A DNA stretch of 64,000 bases from Lachnospiraceae bacterium (GCA_045643145.1 JAZUKG010000232.1:31412-95411); one strand, 5' to 3'; shown: positions 42,841-56,851, counted from the stretch's first letter. Notes: generated by a model from the sequence alone, not told the origin. Numbers and translations are program-made.

Positions 42841-42913
42841 TGCGCGATCAGGGGCTCGAACCCTGGACACCCTGATTAAGAGTCAGGTGCTCTACCAACT
42901 GAGCTAATCGCGC
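42841..42913 (-). tRNA. tRNA-Lys (anticodon CTT)
   Basis: Hand-folded. Acceptor GCGCGAT/ATCGCGC. D arm GCTC-AGTTGGTA-GAGC. Anticodon arm CCTGA-CTCTTAA-TCAGG. T arm CAGGG-TTCGAGC-CCCTG. No encoded CCA. Confidence 0.92.
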
Positions 42914-43098
42914 GTTTCTTATGAATTACTCACAACGCAAGTGTTATTATAGTATATGTATTTCCATATTGCAAGTACTTTTTTTCACTTTTTTAATTTT
43001 TTTTCTTCTTTTTTTTCAATCCTAACTTTTCCTTGTGATGTTTTACTAAAATAGCTATAATTCAAGGGAAGATAAAAGAAACTAGAAAAGAGAATAAA

Positions 43099-43872
43099 AT
43101 GATAATTGATACACATGCACATTATGATGATTCTCAGTTTGATGAAGACCGAGATCAAATGCTCGCAGACTTTGAACAAAATCATATTGAAAAAGGCATT
43201 TTAGCCACAGCTTCTGTCAATAGTATAAATAGAGTAATGTCTTATATAGATACCTATCCGAATATTTACGGAATGCAGGGCGTTCATCCGGATGAAGTCG
43301 GTGGTATGACGGATGATTTACTTTTACAGATGGAAGAAAACTGTAAACATTCTAAAATAGTGGCCATTGGTGAAATCGGACTGGATTATCACTGGAATGT
43401 AGAAGCCAAAGAAATTCAAAAAGAATGGTTTACCAAGCAGTTAGAGCTTGCCATCAAAACAAATCTTCCTGTCTGTATCCATTCAAGAGACAGTGCCCAG
43501 GATACCTTTGATATTTTAAAGGAATATTCTGACAAACAGGTAAAAGGTGTGATACACTGTTATTCCTATAGTCCTGAAATGGCTATAGAATATGTAAAAA
43601 TGGGATATTATATCGGAATCGGTGGTGTTGTTACCTTTAAAAACGGTAAAAAATGCAAAGATACTGTCAGAGAGATTCCTCTCGAACGTATTGTATTAGA
43701 AACAGATGCTCCTTACCTTTCGCCGGAGCCTTTCAGAGGAAAACGAAACGAATCTTCTTATTTAAAGTATGTCGCTGAAGAAATAGCTGCTATCAAGGAA
43801 ATTAGTGCAGAAGAAGTCATCAGACAGACTACAATCAATGCATATACCATTTATCCAAAGCTTAACAATTAG
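43099..43872 (+). CDS. tatD: TatD-family metal-dependent DNase/hydrolase
   Basis: 257 aa. DTHAHY start motif, EIGLDYH, and the HxR...D pattern. Confidence 0.92.
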   Translation: MIIDTHAHYDDSQFDEDRDQMLADFEQNHIEKGILATASVNSINRVMSYIDTYPNIYGMQGVHPDEVGGMTDDLLLQMEENCKHSKIVAIGEIGLDYHWNVEAKEIQKEWFTKQLELAIKTNLPVCIHSRDSAQDTFDILKEYSDKQVKGVIHCYSYSPEMAIEYVKMGYYIGIGGVVTFKNGKKCKDTVREIPLERIVLETDAPYLSPEPFRGKRNESSYLKYVAEEIAAIKEISAEEVIRQTTINAYTIYPKLNN

Positions 43873-43938
43873 CAATGCCGAAACATTTATTTTATTATTT
43901 TACATTTGAATAATATATTCATAAATAAAGGAGAAAAA

Positions 43939-44793
43939 ATGGCAAATTTAGGAAATCCTCAAAATACCATTGAAATACTTCAAAAATATCACTTTAACTT
44001 TCAAAAGAAATTTGGACAGAATTTTTTAATTGATACTCATGTACTGGACAAGATTATTGATTCGGCTGAGATTACAAAAGATGACTGTGTTTTGGAAATC
44101 GGTCCCGGTATCGGTACTATGACACAGTACCTGGCAGAAAATGCCAGAGAAGTCATTGCAGTTGAAATTGATAAAAACCTGATTCCTATTTTAGGTGATA
44201 CTTTATCTTCTTATGATAATGTGACTATTATTAATGAAGATATTCTCAAGGTGGATATTGCAAAGCTTGCAAAAGAAAAAAATGACAATAAACCGATCAA
44301 GGTTGTTGCCAATCTTCCTTATTATATTACGACTCCGATCATCATGGGACTTTTTGAAAGTCATGTACCGCTTGACAGTATTACTATTATGGTACAAAAG
44401 GAAGTAGCAGATCGAATGAAAACAGGACCAGGCAGTAAAGACTATGGTGCTCTTTCTTTGGCAGTTCAGTATTATGCAAAGCCGGAAATTGTTGCGAATG
44501 TACCGCCAAACTGTTTTATGCCAAGACCAAATGTCGGTTCTGCAGTGATTAAACTCACCAGATATGAAAAACCGCCTGTTGATGTCAAAAATGAGCATTA
44601 TATGTTTTCTTTGATTCGTGCCAGCTTTAATCAGCGAAGAAAAACTTTAGTTAACGGATTAACAAATGGAGGAGTTGCCACCAAAGAAGAGGTTTTAAAT
44701 ACTTTAGAAAAGATGAATCTGCCTGCTACAATTCGCGGAGAAGCCCTAAATTTGGAACAGTTTGCAAATCTTTCGAATTTATTAAGAGATTAA
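43939..44793 (+). CDS. rsmA: 16S rRNA (adenine1518/1519-N6)-dimethyltransferase
   Basis: Start at MANLGN after AAAGGAGA. FGQNFL motif, SAM motif EIGPGIGTMT, NLPYYI motif. Confidence 0.93.
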   Translation: MANLGNPQNTIEILQKYHFNFQKKFGQNFLIDTHVLDKIIDSAEITKDDCVLEIGPGIGTMTQYLAENAREVIAVEIDKNLIPILGDTLSSYDNVTIINEDILKVDIAKLAKEKNDNKPIKVVANLPYYITTPIIMGLFESHVPLDSITIMVQKEVADRMKTGPGSKDYGALSLAVQYYAKPEIVANVPPNCFMPRPNVGSAVIKLTRYEKPPVDVKNEHYMFSLIRASFNQRRKTLVNGLTNGGVATKEEVLNTLEKMNLPATIRGEALNLEQFANLSNLLRD

Positions 44794-44916
44794 AGATTGC
44801 TTTTATTTTACTAATTTTGTAAAATAATCACGATACTATGCTTTTTTATCAAGGATAAAAGGGTAGGTTATAACATTTTCATTCAGTGTATACTGAAAAA
44901 TAAAAGGGAGGACAAA

Positions 44917-46197
44917 ATGAAAACAAAGAGAAACTTATTAACAAAGCTTAGCCTCTTTGCAATGGCTCTCGTTTGTTCCATCGGTTTGATGGGAAAAGTA
45001 GATGCTTTTGCATTGTCGGCTCCAACTAATGTAGCACAGGTTGTTACCGATCAGAGTGATACACATATTCAGGTAGCATACACTACACCAAGCAGCTATG
45101 TATATATTCGTTATGTAGAAGCTGCTTATTACAGAGGAGATGCTTCTACTGCTTGGAATTATACCAGTAATGATGGTGCTCAGTATTCTTATACCAGTGA
45201 TACTGAAACTATTTTCGGATTAAAAGCCGGTACTACATATATTGTAGAAGTAGGTAGTGCTTCATCCAGAAGTACAAATGCAAATGCAGCTGTTTACTGT
45301 GCTCCAATTGAAGCAAATACAGCTCCTGATTATATTACATCACTTACTCAGACAAATGCGACATTAGATAATGTAACTGTAACATGGCCTGCAGTATATG
45401 GTGCAACAGGATATACAGTTTACCGTGCAACAGAAGCAATTTACAGCGACGAATCAAAGCTTCAGAAAATCGGAAATGTAGCTACAAATTCTGCTACAGT
45501 TGCAGGTTTTGGCAGAAATACATGTCCTTATGTTTATGTTATTCCATACAGAACATCAGCTAAGAATCCAACACCTATTTATGCTGATTCTTACAGATAT
45601 GTTCAGTGTGCTACATTACCTACAGCACCAACAAATATCAGACCTACTTACAGATCTTCATCATTAAAGCAGATTGGATTTTCTTATGATATTTCTGCTT
45701 GTAAAACAAATATGGATGGAGCTGAAGTATTAATTACAAATGCTTCCGGTAAGAAAATTGCTTCCGGTGATGCTAGTGTATATGCTTCAATTAACTACAT
45801 TAAAAATGCGAAATTATTCAAACAGCCATTTAAATATCAGGTAAGAGCTTACTTCAAGCTGACAAACGGTACAAAACTTTACGGACCATGGTCAGCAGCA
45901 AAGGTTTTCATTCCTGATGCAAAAGCTAAACAGATTAAACGATCATATTACGCTTCAAGCGGAACACTTACATTTGAAAAAATCAAAGGTGCAACAAGCT
46001 ATACTGTATATCACAGTACAAACGGAAAGAAATGGAAAGTTGTTGCAAAGAATGTAAAGGGATCAAGTGCTTATGTTCCATACAGCAGAAGTGCAGCAAA
46101 GAACTACTACTATATCAAATCTAACAAAGTTAAATTTGGAAAGAAGAAACTTAGCAGTGTAGCTCCTGGAAAAGCAGTTAGCTTCTACTACGTATAA
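44917..46197 (+). CDS. Secreted protein built of FN3-like beta modules
   Basis: 426 aa. Signal peptide ending VDAFA. Recurring module signature (GATGYTVYRA, GATSYTVYHS). Ser/Thr/Tyr-rich. No LPXTG or catalytic motif seen. Confidence 0.7.
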   Translation: MKTKRNLLTKLSLFAMALVCSIGLMGKVDAFALSAPTNVAQVVTDQSDTHIQVAYTTPSSYVYIRYVEAAYYRGDASTAWNYTSNDGAQYSYTSDTETIFGLKAGTTYIVEVGSASSRSTNANAAVYCAPIEANTAPDYITSLTQTNATLDNVTVTWPAVYGATGYTVYRATEAIYSDESKLQKIGNVATNSATVAGFGRNTCPYVYVIPYRTSAKNPTPIYADSYRYVQCATLPTAPTNIRPTYRSSSLKQIGFSYDISACKTNMDGAEVLITNASGKKIASGDASVYASINYIKNAKLFKQPFKYQVRAYFKLTNGTKLYGPWSAAKVFIPDAKAKQIKRSYYASSGTLTFEKIKGATSYTVYHSTNGKKWKVVAKNVKGSSAYVPYSRSAAKNYYYIKSNKVKFGKKKLSSVAPGKAVSFYYV

Positions 46198-46217
46198 TAA
46201 AATAAGAAAAGAAATAG

Positions 46218-46248
46218 AAAAGGCGATGCAAATGCATCGCCTTTTTTT
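46218..46248. terminator. Bidirectional rho-independent terminator
   Basis: GGCGATG-caaatg-CATCGCC flanked by an A-rich run and TTTTTTT, between convergent genes. Confidence 0.8.
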
Positions 46249-46260
46249 ATGTCTGTATTT

Positions 46261-47439
46261 TTAAGCAACCGCTTTATCCTTTGAGAATAAAATCTTTAAA
46301 ATAATCGGTGTAGATATAGAAGATACAATAATCAGCAGAATTACGGATGTAAAATACACCGGTTCAATTAATCCTACAGATAATCCTTTTTGAGCAACAA
46401 TCAAGGCTACCTCGCCTCTGGTCATCATTCCTACACCAATCTTTAATGAATCAATCCAGTTAAACTTACAAATCTTTGAAATCAATCCGCAACCGATAAT
46501 CTTTGTAATCAATGCTACAAATACAAATCCGATAGAGAATAATAAAATCGGAATTGTCATCTGTTCAATGTTTGTTTTAAGACCGATTGATGCAAAGAAA
46601 ATTGGTCCGAATAACATATAAGAGTTAATATCCATCTTTTCTGCAATGTAATCAGAATCCTGAATACTGCAAAGAATAATTCCTGCAAAATAAGCACCTG
46701 TAATATCTGCAATTCCAAAATACTTTTCTGCGATATAAGCCAGAGCAAAACAATAAGCAAGTCCGGCAATCGGAATTCTTCTGGTATGCGGATAACGCTT
46801 ATCTACCTTTTTAAATATTTTATAACTGATATAACCTATTACTACAGATAATACAAAGAATAAAATTGTACTAATCACAACTTTTCCAGGATTGGAATCC
46901 GGATTTTTAAATCCGATTACAAAGGTAAGTACCATAATACCGATAATATCATCGATAATAGCAGCACTTAAAACCGTCGTTCCAACCTTTGTCTTTAACT
47001 TACCCATTTCCTTTAGAGACGATACGGTAATACTTACTGATGTTGCCGTCATAATCGTTCCTATAAATACAGCCTTATAAAAACTTTCTGATCCCCAAGG
47101 AGCAGCTCCATAATATGCCATATAAAAAAGTGCTCCGCCGATAAGCGGTACAAATACACCACAACAGGCAATTAAAAATGCAATCGGTCCGGTTTTCAAA
47201 AGTTCCTTAAGGTCAGTACCAAGTCCGGCACTAAACATTAAGAGTACGACTCCGACCTCAGCCATTTTCAGGATAAAATCAGTTTGATCTACAATAGCCA
47301 ACATACTTGGTCCTATTAATAATCCTGCAATGATTTCACCAACTACCTGAGGAGCTTTACACTTTCGGGCTAAAATTCCAAAAAATTTAGCAGCAATAAT
47401 AATAATTGCTAAATCACGAAACACACTATATGCTTCCAT
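46261..47439 (-). CDS. Cation:proton antiporter (CPA2/Na_H_Exchanger family, no TrkA domain)
   Basis: 392 aa, about 12 TM helices. N-terminal motif APQVVGEIIAGLLIGPS is typical of KefB/NapA-like exchangers. Confidence 0.88.
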   Translation of the reverse strand: MEAYSVFRDLAIIIIAAKFFGILARKCKAPQVVGEIIAGLLIGPSMLAIVDQTDFILKMAEVGVVLLMFSAGLGTDLKELLKTGPIAFLIACCGVFVPLIGGALFYMAYYGAAPWGSESFYKAVFIGTIMTATSVSITVSSLKEMGKLKTKVGTTVLSAAIIDDIIGIMVLTFVIGFKNPDSNPGKVVISTILFFVLSVVIGYISYKIFKKVDKRYPHTRRIPIAGLAYCFALAYIAEKYFGIADITGAYFAGIILCSIQDSDYIAEKMDINSYMLFGPIFFASIGLKTNIEQMTIPILLFSIGFVFVALITKIIGCGLISKICKFNWIDSLKIGVGMMTRGEVALIVAQKGLSVGLIEPVYFTSVILLIIVSSISTPIILKILFSKDKAVA

Positions 47440-47540
47440 TTTTTACACCTCGAATTTCACGTATTATTATATTGTCAATGGTCTACGGTTTCTTATTTTA
47501 GCACAAAAGCACTTTCTGTCAATTATCTGAAACAAATGAA

Positions 47541-47580
47541 ATAAAAAATCTACAGAAATGACGATTTCTGTAGATTTTTC
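47541..47580 (-). terminator. Rho-independent terminator downstream of gyrA
   Basis: 15-bp stem AAAATCTACAGAAAT/ATTTCTGTAGATTTT, 4-nt loop, T-runs on both strands. Confidence 0.82.
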
Positions 47581-47618
47581 TCTCTTTTTTTATGAAATTA
47601 TCAATATAAAATTTCTGT

Positions 47619-50201
47619 TTATTCTTCTGTATCCTCTGATATTTCCTGATTCATATCAGTCTCTGAAATAATTTCACCATCCACGATGTTTTCTGAATCT
47701 TCCAAATCTTCTACATCATCCAGTTCAACATTTCCGTCTGAAACCTTTTCACGTACCTTTGCAATTTTTGCAACTGTAACATTTTCACTCAAGTTAATCA
47801 TCTTGACACCGGAGGTAATTCTTCCGAGTGTAGATACATCTTCCATACGAAGCTGAATAATAATTCCTTCGTTGGTAATCATCATGATTTCATGATCATC
47901 ATTTACAGCCTTAACACCTACAACATCACCGGTCTTTTCGGTAATCTTGTAGCATTTTACTCCCTTACCACCACGTTTTTGTACCGTGAATTCCTGAAGA
48001 TAAGTTCTCTTTCCGAGACCCTTTTCAGAAACGATAAGTAAGCTGTCTCCCTGATGATCAAGCTGCATACCAATGATAGCATCCTGATCTGATAAATTCA
48101 TACCTATAACACCCATTGAGGATCTTCCGGTATTTCTGACATCTGTTTCTTTGAATCTGATACACATACCCTGTTTTGTAACCAGGAATATTTCTGTTTC
48201 TTTATCTGTCAGTTTTACTTCAATTAATTCATCATCATCTCTTAAATTAATTGCAGCAAGTCCGTTCTTACGAATATTATTAAACTCTGAAATACCTGTC
48301 TTTTTAACGATACCGTTCTTTGTTACCATAAACAGGTTCTTTGAACTGATATCCTGATCATCCGGAATCGGAATAATCGCACTTATCTTTTCACCCGGAT
48401 TTAACTGAAGTAAATTGATAATTGCAGTTCCTCTGGCAGTTCTTCCTGCTTCCGGAATTTCATATGCTTTCAGTCTGTATACACGGCCAAAGTTTGTAAA
48501 GAACATAATATAATAATGTGTATGCATCATCAAAAGATCTTCAATATAATCATCTTCGATGGTCTGCATTCCCTTAATTCCCTTGCCGCCACGGTTCTGA
48601 GCCTTAAAATTATCTACTGTCATTCTCTTGATATAACCTAAAGAAGTCATAGCAATTACAGTATTTTGTCTAGGAATCATATCTTCCATAGAGATATCAA
48701 ATTCGTCAAATCCAATCTTTGAACGTCTGTCATCTCCAAACTTGTCTGAAATTGTTTTGATTTCTGTACGAATTACACCGAGAAGAATCTTTTCATCTCC
48801 CAAAATTGCCTTTAATTCTGCAATTCTCTTTAATAATTCTGCATGCTCATTTTCAAGCTTTTCTCTTTCCAAGCCTGTCAAAGCACGAAGTCTCATATCT
48901 ACAATCGCCTGTGCCTGTGCTTCTGACAATGCAAAACGATCAATTAAGTTTTGCTTTGCAACCTGAGTATTTTCAGAAGCTCTGATGATTTTAATAACTT
49001 CATCAATATGATCAAGAGCGATTAATAATCCCTGTAAAATATGATCTCTTTCTTCTGCTTTATTTAAATCATATTTTGTTCTTCTGGTAACGACTTCTTT
49101 TTGATGCTCCAAATATAAATTCAGCATCTGTAACAGATTCAATACCTTTGGCTCATTATTTACCAGTGCCAGCATAATCACACCAAAAGTATCCTGCATC
49201 TGAGTATGCTTATAAAGCTGATTTAAAATAATATTCGGATTTACATCCTTACGAAGTTCAATAACTACTCTGGTACCTTCTCTGTTTGATTCATCTCTTA
49301 AATCTGTGATACCATCAATCTTTTTCAGCTTAACAAGTTCTGCAATCTTAATTAAAAGATTTGCTTTATTTACCATATAAGGAAGCTCGGTAGCAACAAT
49401 TCTGTTTTTACCGTTTGGCATTGTTTCAATATTGGTTACGGCACGAACCCTTACCTTACCTCTACCTGTTCTGTATGCTTCTTCGCATCCTTTTGTACCT
49501 AAAATAAGACCACCGGTCGGAAAATCAGGAGCTTTTACAATATTCAAAAGCTCTTCAATTTCTGTTTCCCTGTCTTCTAATACACGATTATCAATAATCT
49601 TAACAACACCGTCTACTACTTCTCTTAAATTATGAGGCGGAATATTGGTAGCCATACCTACCGCAATACCGGTAGTTCCGTTTACCAAAAGATTTGGATA
49701 TCTGCTTGGAAGTACAACCGGTTCTTTTTCTGTTTCATCAAAGTTTGGAATAAAATCTACAGTATCTTTATTGATATCAGCCAGAAGCTCCATAGAAATT
49801 TTTGAAAGTCTTGCTTCTGTATATCGCATGGCAGCTGCACCGTCACCATCTTCTGAACCGAAGTTTCCGTGACCGTCTACCAAAGGATATCTGGTTGACC
49901 ATTCCTGAGCCATATTTACCAAAGCACCATAAATTGAACTGTCACCATGTGGATGGTATTTACCCATGGTATCACCAACGATACGGGCGCTCTTACGATG
50001 TGGCTTATCCGGACCGTTATTTAATTCAATCATGGAAAACAGTACACGTCTTTGTACCGGCTTTAAGCCATCTCTTACATCCGGAAGCGCACGAGATGCA
50101 ATAACACTCATGGCATAATCGATATAAGAATTTTCCATGGTCTTCTTCAGGTCGACATTTTTTACTTTATCAAATACATTATCCGGCATATTTGTATCCA
50201 T
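47619..50201 (-). CDS. gyrA: DNA gyrase subunit A
   Basis: 860 aa. Active-site region [14 protein letters not shown] region [16 protein letters not shown], and an acidic C-terminal tail. Confidence 0.97.
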   Translation of the reverse strand: MDTNMPDNVFDKVKNVDLKKTMENSYIDYAMSVIASRALPDVRDGLKPVQRRVLFSMIELNNGPDKPHRKSARIVGDTMGKYHPHGDSSIYGALVNMAQEWSTRYPLVDGHGNFGSEDGDGAAAMRYTEARLSKISMELLADINKDTVDFIPNFDETEKEPVVLPSRYPNLLVNGTTGIAVGMATNIPPHNLREVVDGVVKIIDNRVLEDRETEIEELLNIVKAPDFPTGGLILGTKGCEEAYRTGRGKVRVRAVTNIETMPNGKNRIVATELPYMVNKANLLIKIAELVKLKKIDGITDLRDESNREGTRVVIELRKDVNPNIILNQLYKHTQMQDTFGVIMLALVNNEPKVLNLLQMLNLYLEHQKEVVTRRTKYDLNKAEERDHILQGLLIALDHIDEVIKIIRASENTQVAKQNLIDRFALSEAQAQAIVDMRLRALTGLEREKLENEHAELLKRIAELKAILGDEKILLGVIRTEIKTISDKFGDDRRSKIGFDEFDISMEDMIPRQNTVIAMTSLGYIKRMTVDNFKAQNRGGKGIKGMQTIEDDYIEDLLMMHTHYYIMFFTNFGRVYRLKAYEIPEAGRTARGTAIINLLQLNPGEKISAIIPIPDDQDISSKNLFMVTKNGIVKKTGISEFNNIRKNGLAAINLRDDDELIEVKLTDKETEIFLVTKQGMCIRFKETDVRNTGRSSMGVIGMNLSDQDAIIGMQLDHQGDSLLIVSEKGLGKRTYLQEFTVQKRGGKGVKCYKITEKTGDVVGVKAVNDDHEIMMITNEGIIIQLRMEDVSTLGRITSGVKMINLSENVTVAKIAKVREKVSDGNVELDDVEDLEDSENIVDGEIISETDMNQEISEDTEE

Positions 50202-50211
50202 TTAATTTCTC

Positions 50212-53243
<3,032 letters not shown>

Positions 53244-53251
53244 AATAAAAC

Positions 53252-53461
53252 CTACTTAACTACCTTGTATACAATTCCGTCAACTTCTATTTCATCACCG
53301 CTGTATACTTTTTTTCCTCTGCGAAGTTCAACTTCTCCGTTATACTTTACTTCACCATCTAAAATCATTAGTTTGGCTTCTAAACCGGAATCTACGATTC
53401 CGGCAAGTTTCAAAGCCTGTCCTAATTTAATAAAATCATCTTTTATAACAATTGTATTCAT
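53252..53461 (-). CDS. yaaA: S4-domain RNA-binding protein (YaaA-like)
   Basis: 69 aa. Located in the conserved slot between dnaN and recF. S4-fold pattern. Confidence 0.85.
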   Translation of the reverse strand: MNTIVIKDDFIKLGQALKLAGIVDSGLEAKLMILDGEVKYNGEVELRRGKKVYSGDEIEVDGIVYKVVK

Positions 53462-53484
53462 AAAAATCTTTTTAATATACCTTT

Positions 53485-54591
53485 TTACATGTTGTTAAAA
53501 TTAACCGGAAGAATCAAGTAAAGATATGTATTATCTCTGTCCTTGATAAAACAAGGTGCCTTTGGATTAACCATATACATATCAATGGTTGAATCATCAA
53601 TAACCTTTAATGCATCAATCAGGAATTTTGGATTAAATCCGATTGTTAAATCCTTACCTTCTTTCTGAAGATCAATGACTTCATTCATGCTTCCGATTGT
53701 AGAATTGATTCTAAGCTCCATATATCTGTCGCTCACTTCTACGATAATAGGCTTTTTGTCACCTTCTTTTACCATAAGTGTCGCTCTGTCGATACAGCTC
53801 AATAAATCCTTTTTATTTACAGTTACTTTTGTTTCATAATCAGATGAAATCATCTGATCAACCTTGAAATATTCACCTTCCATTAATCTGGAAACTACAA
53901 CTGTATTATCAAATTCAAAAATAATATGCTTATCAGCAAAATAAATATTTACATCCTTATCTGCTTCACCGGTTAAAATCTTGCTGATTTCATTCAATGT
54001 TTTACCCGGAACAATTACTTTTTCACTTTCATATTCATTTTTAAGCTGAGTATTACGAATTGAAATTCTGTGACCATCTAAAGATACTACTCTGAAGTGA
54101 TCACCATTTATTTCAAATAGTTCACCGCCCATAATTTTATTTGTATCATTTTCAGCAATAGAAAAAATAGTCTGTCTGATTACTTCCTTTAATGTGAACT
54201 GAGAAATGATAACAGGATTCTTTCTTTCAATTTCAGGAAGATAAACAAAATCCTCTGCTGATTTACCAACAATATTAAAATGAGCTTTTTCACAAGTAAT
54301 AAATGTATTAAAGCTTGCATCTGTTTCGATGGTAACATCATTATCAGGAAGCTTTCTTACAATTTCCAAAAAGAACTTAGCTTCTAATGCAATAATACCA
54401 GGCTCAACAATATCTCCTTCAATTATTGTATCAATACCAAGATCCATATCATTGGCAATTAATCTGATTTCTCCCTTTGATGCATCTACTAAAATGCATT
54501 CCAAAATAGGCATGGTAGTTTTTGAAGGAACTGCCTTTGAAACAATTTGAACACCATTTAATAAATTTGATTTTTTACAAACTAATTTCAT
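53485..54591 (-). CDS. dnaN: DNA polymerase III beta sliding clamp
   Basis: 368 aa. Three-domain clamp pattern. Located immediately downstream of dnaA. Confidence 0.96.
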   Translation of the reverse strand: MKLVCKKSNLLNGVQIVSKAVPSKTTMPILECILVDASKGEIRLIANDMDLGIDTIIEGDIVEPGIIALEAKFFLEIVRKLPDNDVTIETDASFNTFITCEKAHFNIVGKSAEDFVYLPEIERKNPVIISQFTLKEVIRQTIFSIAENDTNKIMGGELFEINGDHFRVVSLDGHRISIRNTQLKNEYESEKVIVPGKTLNEISKILTGEADKDVNIYFADKHIIFEFDNTVVVSRLMEGEYFKVDQMISSDYETKVTVNKKDLLSCIDRATLMVKEGDKKPIIVEVSDRYMELRINSTIGSMNEVIDLQKEGKDLTIGFNPKFLIDALKVIDDSTIDMYMVNPKAPCFIKDRDNTYLYLILPVNFNNM

Positions 54592-54880
54592 TGTTGATAA
54601 CTTCCTTTGGTCAAATTTTAGATACGCTCACAGGCGCGTTTTCATACTTAAATAAAATAAATTAGTATTATTATTAATAATAGGTGTGGATATGTGCATA
54701 ACCCTTTCTATTATACTATTTTTTAGGCAAAAATGGAATGGATAACTTGTCGATTCTTATGTTTTTTAACAGGAATAATTATGTGTTTATCAACAATGAT
54801 TTTTTAAGTAAAATATATGCAATTTTTATAATTTATTTTATCAACACATAAGCAATAAGAAATCAACAAAGTTATCAACA
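54592..54880. other. oriC part II: DnaA-box cluster in the dnaA-dnaN spacer
   Basis: TTATCAACA at 54787, 54838 and 54872 (same orientation). Inverted TGTGGATAT at 54685 and AATGGATAA at 54737. AT-rich. Confidence 0.72.
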
Positions 54881-56248
54881 TTAAGAAGGATTAATCTTTT
54901 TCTTAATGGTATTAATCTTATTTACCAAATCCTCATTTGTTGCCATTTCTTTCTTTATTTTTTCTTCACCGTGCATAATAGTAGAATGATCCTTCTTGCC
55001 TATTAAGTTACCGATTGTTTTATATTGAGTACCTAAAATATCACGGCATAAATACATGAAGATTTGTCTTGGATAAACAAATTCTGAATTACGTTTTGAA
55101 GATTTAATATCACTTACCTGGATACCAAAGTGTTCTGCAACCACTTCCATAATATATTCAGGAGTAATTTCTTTTGTTTTAGCAGGATAAATAATATCCT
55201 TCAGAGCATCTTCTGCCACAGCTAAAGAAAGCTCTGTATTGTTTAATTTTGAAAAGGCGATTACTTTCTTTAAAGCACCTTCTAATTCACGAATATTAGA
55301 TTTAATATTGGTAGCTATGTATTTTAAAATTTCTTCATCTACTTTACGATCTGTCATTTCGATGTTTTTCTTTAAAATAGCCATTCTGGTTTCATAATCC
55401 GGTGATTTAATATCAGCTATCAAGCCCCATTCAAATCTGGAGCGATATCTTTCATCTAAAGTAGTCATTTCTTTCGGTGGCTTATCAGAAGATAATATAA
55501 TCTGTTTTCCGGCATTATGAAGGGCATTGAAGGTGTGGGAAAATTCTTCCTGAGTACTTTCTTTACCTATAATAAATTGAACATCATCTAATAATAAAAC
55601 ATCAATATTTCTGTATTTTTCTCTAAGGTTTGTCATAGAAGCTGAATTACCGGAACGAATAGAATCAATCACTTCGTTGGTAAATTGTTCTGAATTGACA
55701 TATAAAACCTTCATATCTGAATTATGTTCCAATATGAAGTTACCAATAGAGTACATAAGATGTGTTTTACCAAGTCCTGCATCACCATATAAAAATAAAG
55801 GATTGTAAGCAATTCCCGGTGATTCAGCAACAGCTAAAGCAGCAGAATGAGCAAACTTATTGTTACTTCCTACTACAAAGGTATCAAAATTATACTTACC
55901 GTTTAAGTTAGCTTCTTTATTCTTAATGTTGTAGATGATTTTTTCTTCCTTTACAGGATTATCATTATCTACTTCGTTTTCTAATAAGAAGGAAACCGTA
56001 TATTCATGATTGAACATTTCAGAAATAGATACCTGAAAATAGATTTTATATTTACTTGAAATATAAGATAAGGCGTGAGCCTGATCAGAAGGAATCACGA
56101 TTTTTATATTATCATCAACTACCTCATAAAACTGCAAAGGCAAAATCCAGGTATTAAAGGAAATATCTGTTAAATCGTATTCTTTTTTTATAATATTTTT
56201 AATTTCTTCCCATTTTTCAGCAATTGGATGCATAGCATACTCCTTCAC
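54881..56248 (-). CDS. dnaA: Chromosomal replication initiator protein DnaA
   Basis: 455 aa. AAA+ Walker A GDAGLGKTHL, Walker B LLLDDVQF. Domain IV DNA-binding helix (DHSTIMHG). Confidence 0.97.
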   Translation of the reverse strand: MKEYAMHPIAEKWEEIKNIIKKEYDLTDISFNTWILPLQFYEVVDDNIKIVIPSDQAHALSYISSKYKIYFQVSISEMFNHEYTVSFLLENEVDNDNPVKEEKIIYNIKNKEANLNGKYNFDTFVVGSNNKFAHSAALAVAESPGIAYNPLFLYGDAGLGKTHLMYSIGNFILEHNSDMKVLYVNSEQFTNEVIDSIRSGNSASMTNLREKYRNIDVLLLDDVQFIIGKESTQEEFSHTFNALHNAGKQIILSSDKPPKEMTTLDERYRSRFEWGLIADIKSPDYETRMAILKKNIEMTDRKVDEEILKYIATNIKSNIRELEGALKKVIAFSKLNNTELSLAVAEDALKDIIYPAKTKEITPEYIMEVVAEHFGIQVSDIKSSKRNSEFVYPRQIFMYLCRDILGTQYKTIGNLIGKKDHSTIMHGEEKIKKEMATNEDLVNKINTIKKKINPS

Positions 56249-56618
56249 TATGAAATACTTATCTTATATTAAACCAAAGTAATTAAAATATCAAATTGCT
56301 GCAAGTCTTGAAAATTATGAAAAAAATTTTTTAAAAAATATATTTTTATGTAAATAGAAAAGAAAAATGTTGATAAGTAAAAAAAAGTTTTCAACATTTT
56401 AAGTGTCAATTTTTATGTAAAAAAGGGTGTTTTAATAAAATAATCATAAAGTTATCCACAAGATATCAACATTTTGTTCATAACATTATGTAAATTTATA
56501 AAAAAAATATATGATTTTTTATCTTCTATATATAGTGTAAGGAAAAATAGAAATCTTCTATATATAGGTAAAAAAAATTTTTAACAATTTTTGCCCTAAA
56601 ATAAAGGAAAAAATTGAC
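56249..56618. other. oriC part I: DnaA boxes plus very AT-rich stretches (candidate DNA unwinding element) between dnaA and rpmH
   Basis: TTATCCACA at 56452..56460. TGTTGATAA at 56368..56376. Near-boxes TTTTCAACA (56388) and ATATCAACA (56463). Long A/T runs at 56281-56360 and 56490-56600. Confidence 0.72.
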
Positions 56619-56647
56619 TTGACGTATATTTTTCTTTCTTATATAAT
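56619..56647 (+). promoter_or_regulatory. rpmH promoter candidate
   Basis: TTGACG-17 nt-TATAAT. Confidence 0.55.
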
Positions 56648-56692
56648 CGTTATTGATGTTTTCTAACCATAGAAAAAGGAGGTGTGTTGGAT

Positions 56693-56827
56693 ATGAAGAT
56701 GACATTTCAGCCAAAGAAGAGACAGAGATCTAAAGTTCATGGTTTCAGAGCAAGAATGAGTTCTGCAGGCGGAAGAAAAGTTTTAGCTGCAAGAAGAGCA
56801 AAAGGAAGAAAGAAATTATCAGCATAG
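56693..56827 (+). CDS. rpmH: 50S ribosomal protein L34 (not in the ORF track, 44 aa)
   Basis: My translation: [55 protein letters not shown] lies upstream. Confidence 0.95.
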   Translation: MKMTFQPKKRQRSKVHGFRARMSSAGGRKVLAARRAKGRKKLSA

Positions 56828-56851
56828 GCCGCAGTTTTGTGGCCTTTTTTT
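56827..56851 (+). terminator. Hairpin plus T-run after rpmH (possible partial terminator before rnpA)
   Basis: GGCCGCA-gttt-TGTGGCC followed by TTTTTTT. Confidence 0.55.

Noticed and set aside
42985-43185. 66-aa minus-strand ORF overlapping the tatD start.
   Set aside because: Its low-complexity sequence derives from poly-T/poly-A promoter DNA, and it overlaps a well-supported gene start.
54620-54650. GCGTTTTCAT-containing segment next to the dnaN start that resembles the 4855/7042 motif.
   Set aside because: The similarity covers only about 10 nt and does not extend into the flanks, so it is consistent with chance.
56526-56714. 62-aa minus-strand ORF in the dnaA-rpmH spacer.
   Set aside because: It lies in the AT-rich origin and rpmH promoter region and overlaps the rpmH start. 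It is a typical AT-rich spurious ORF.
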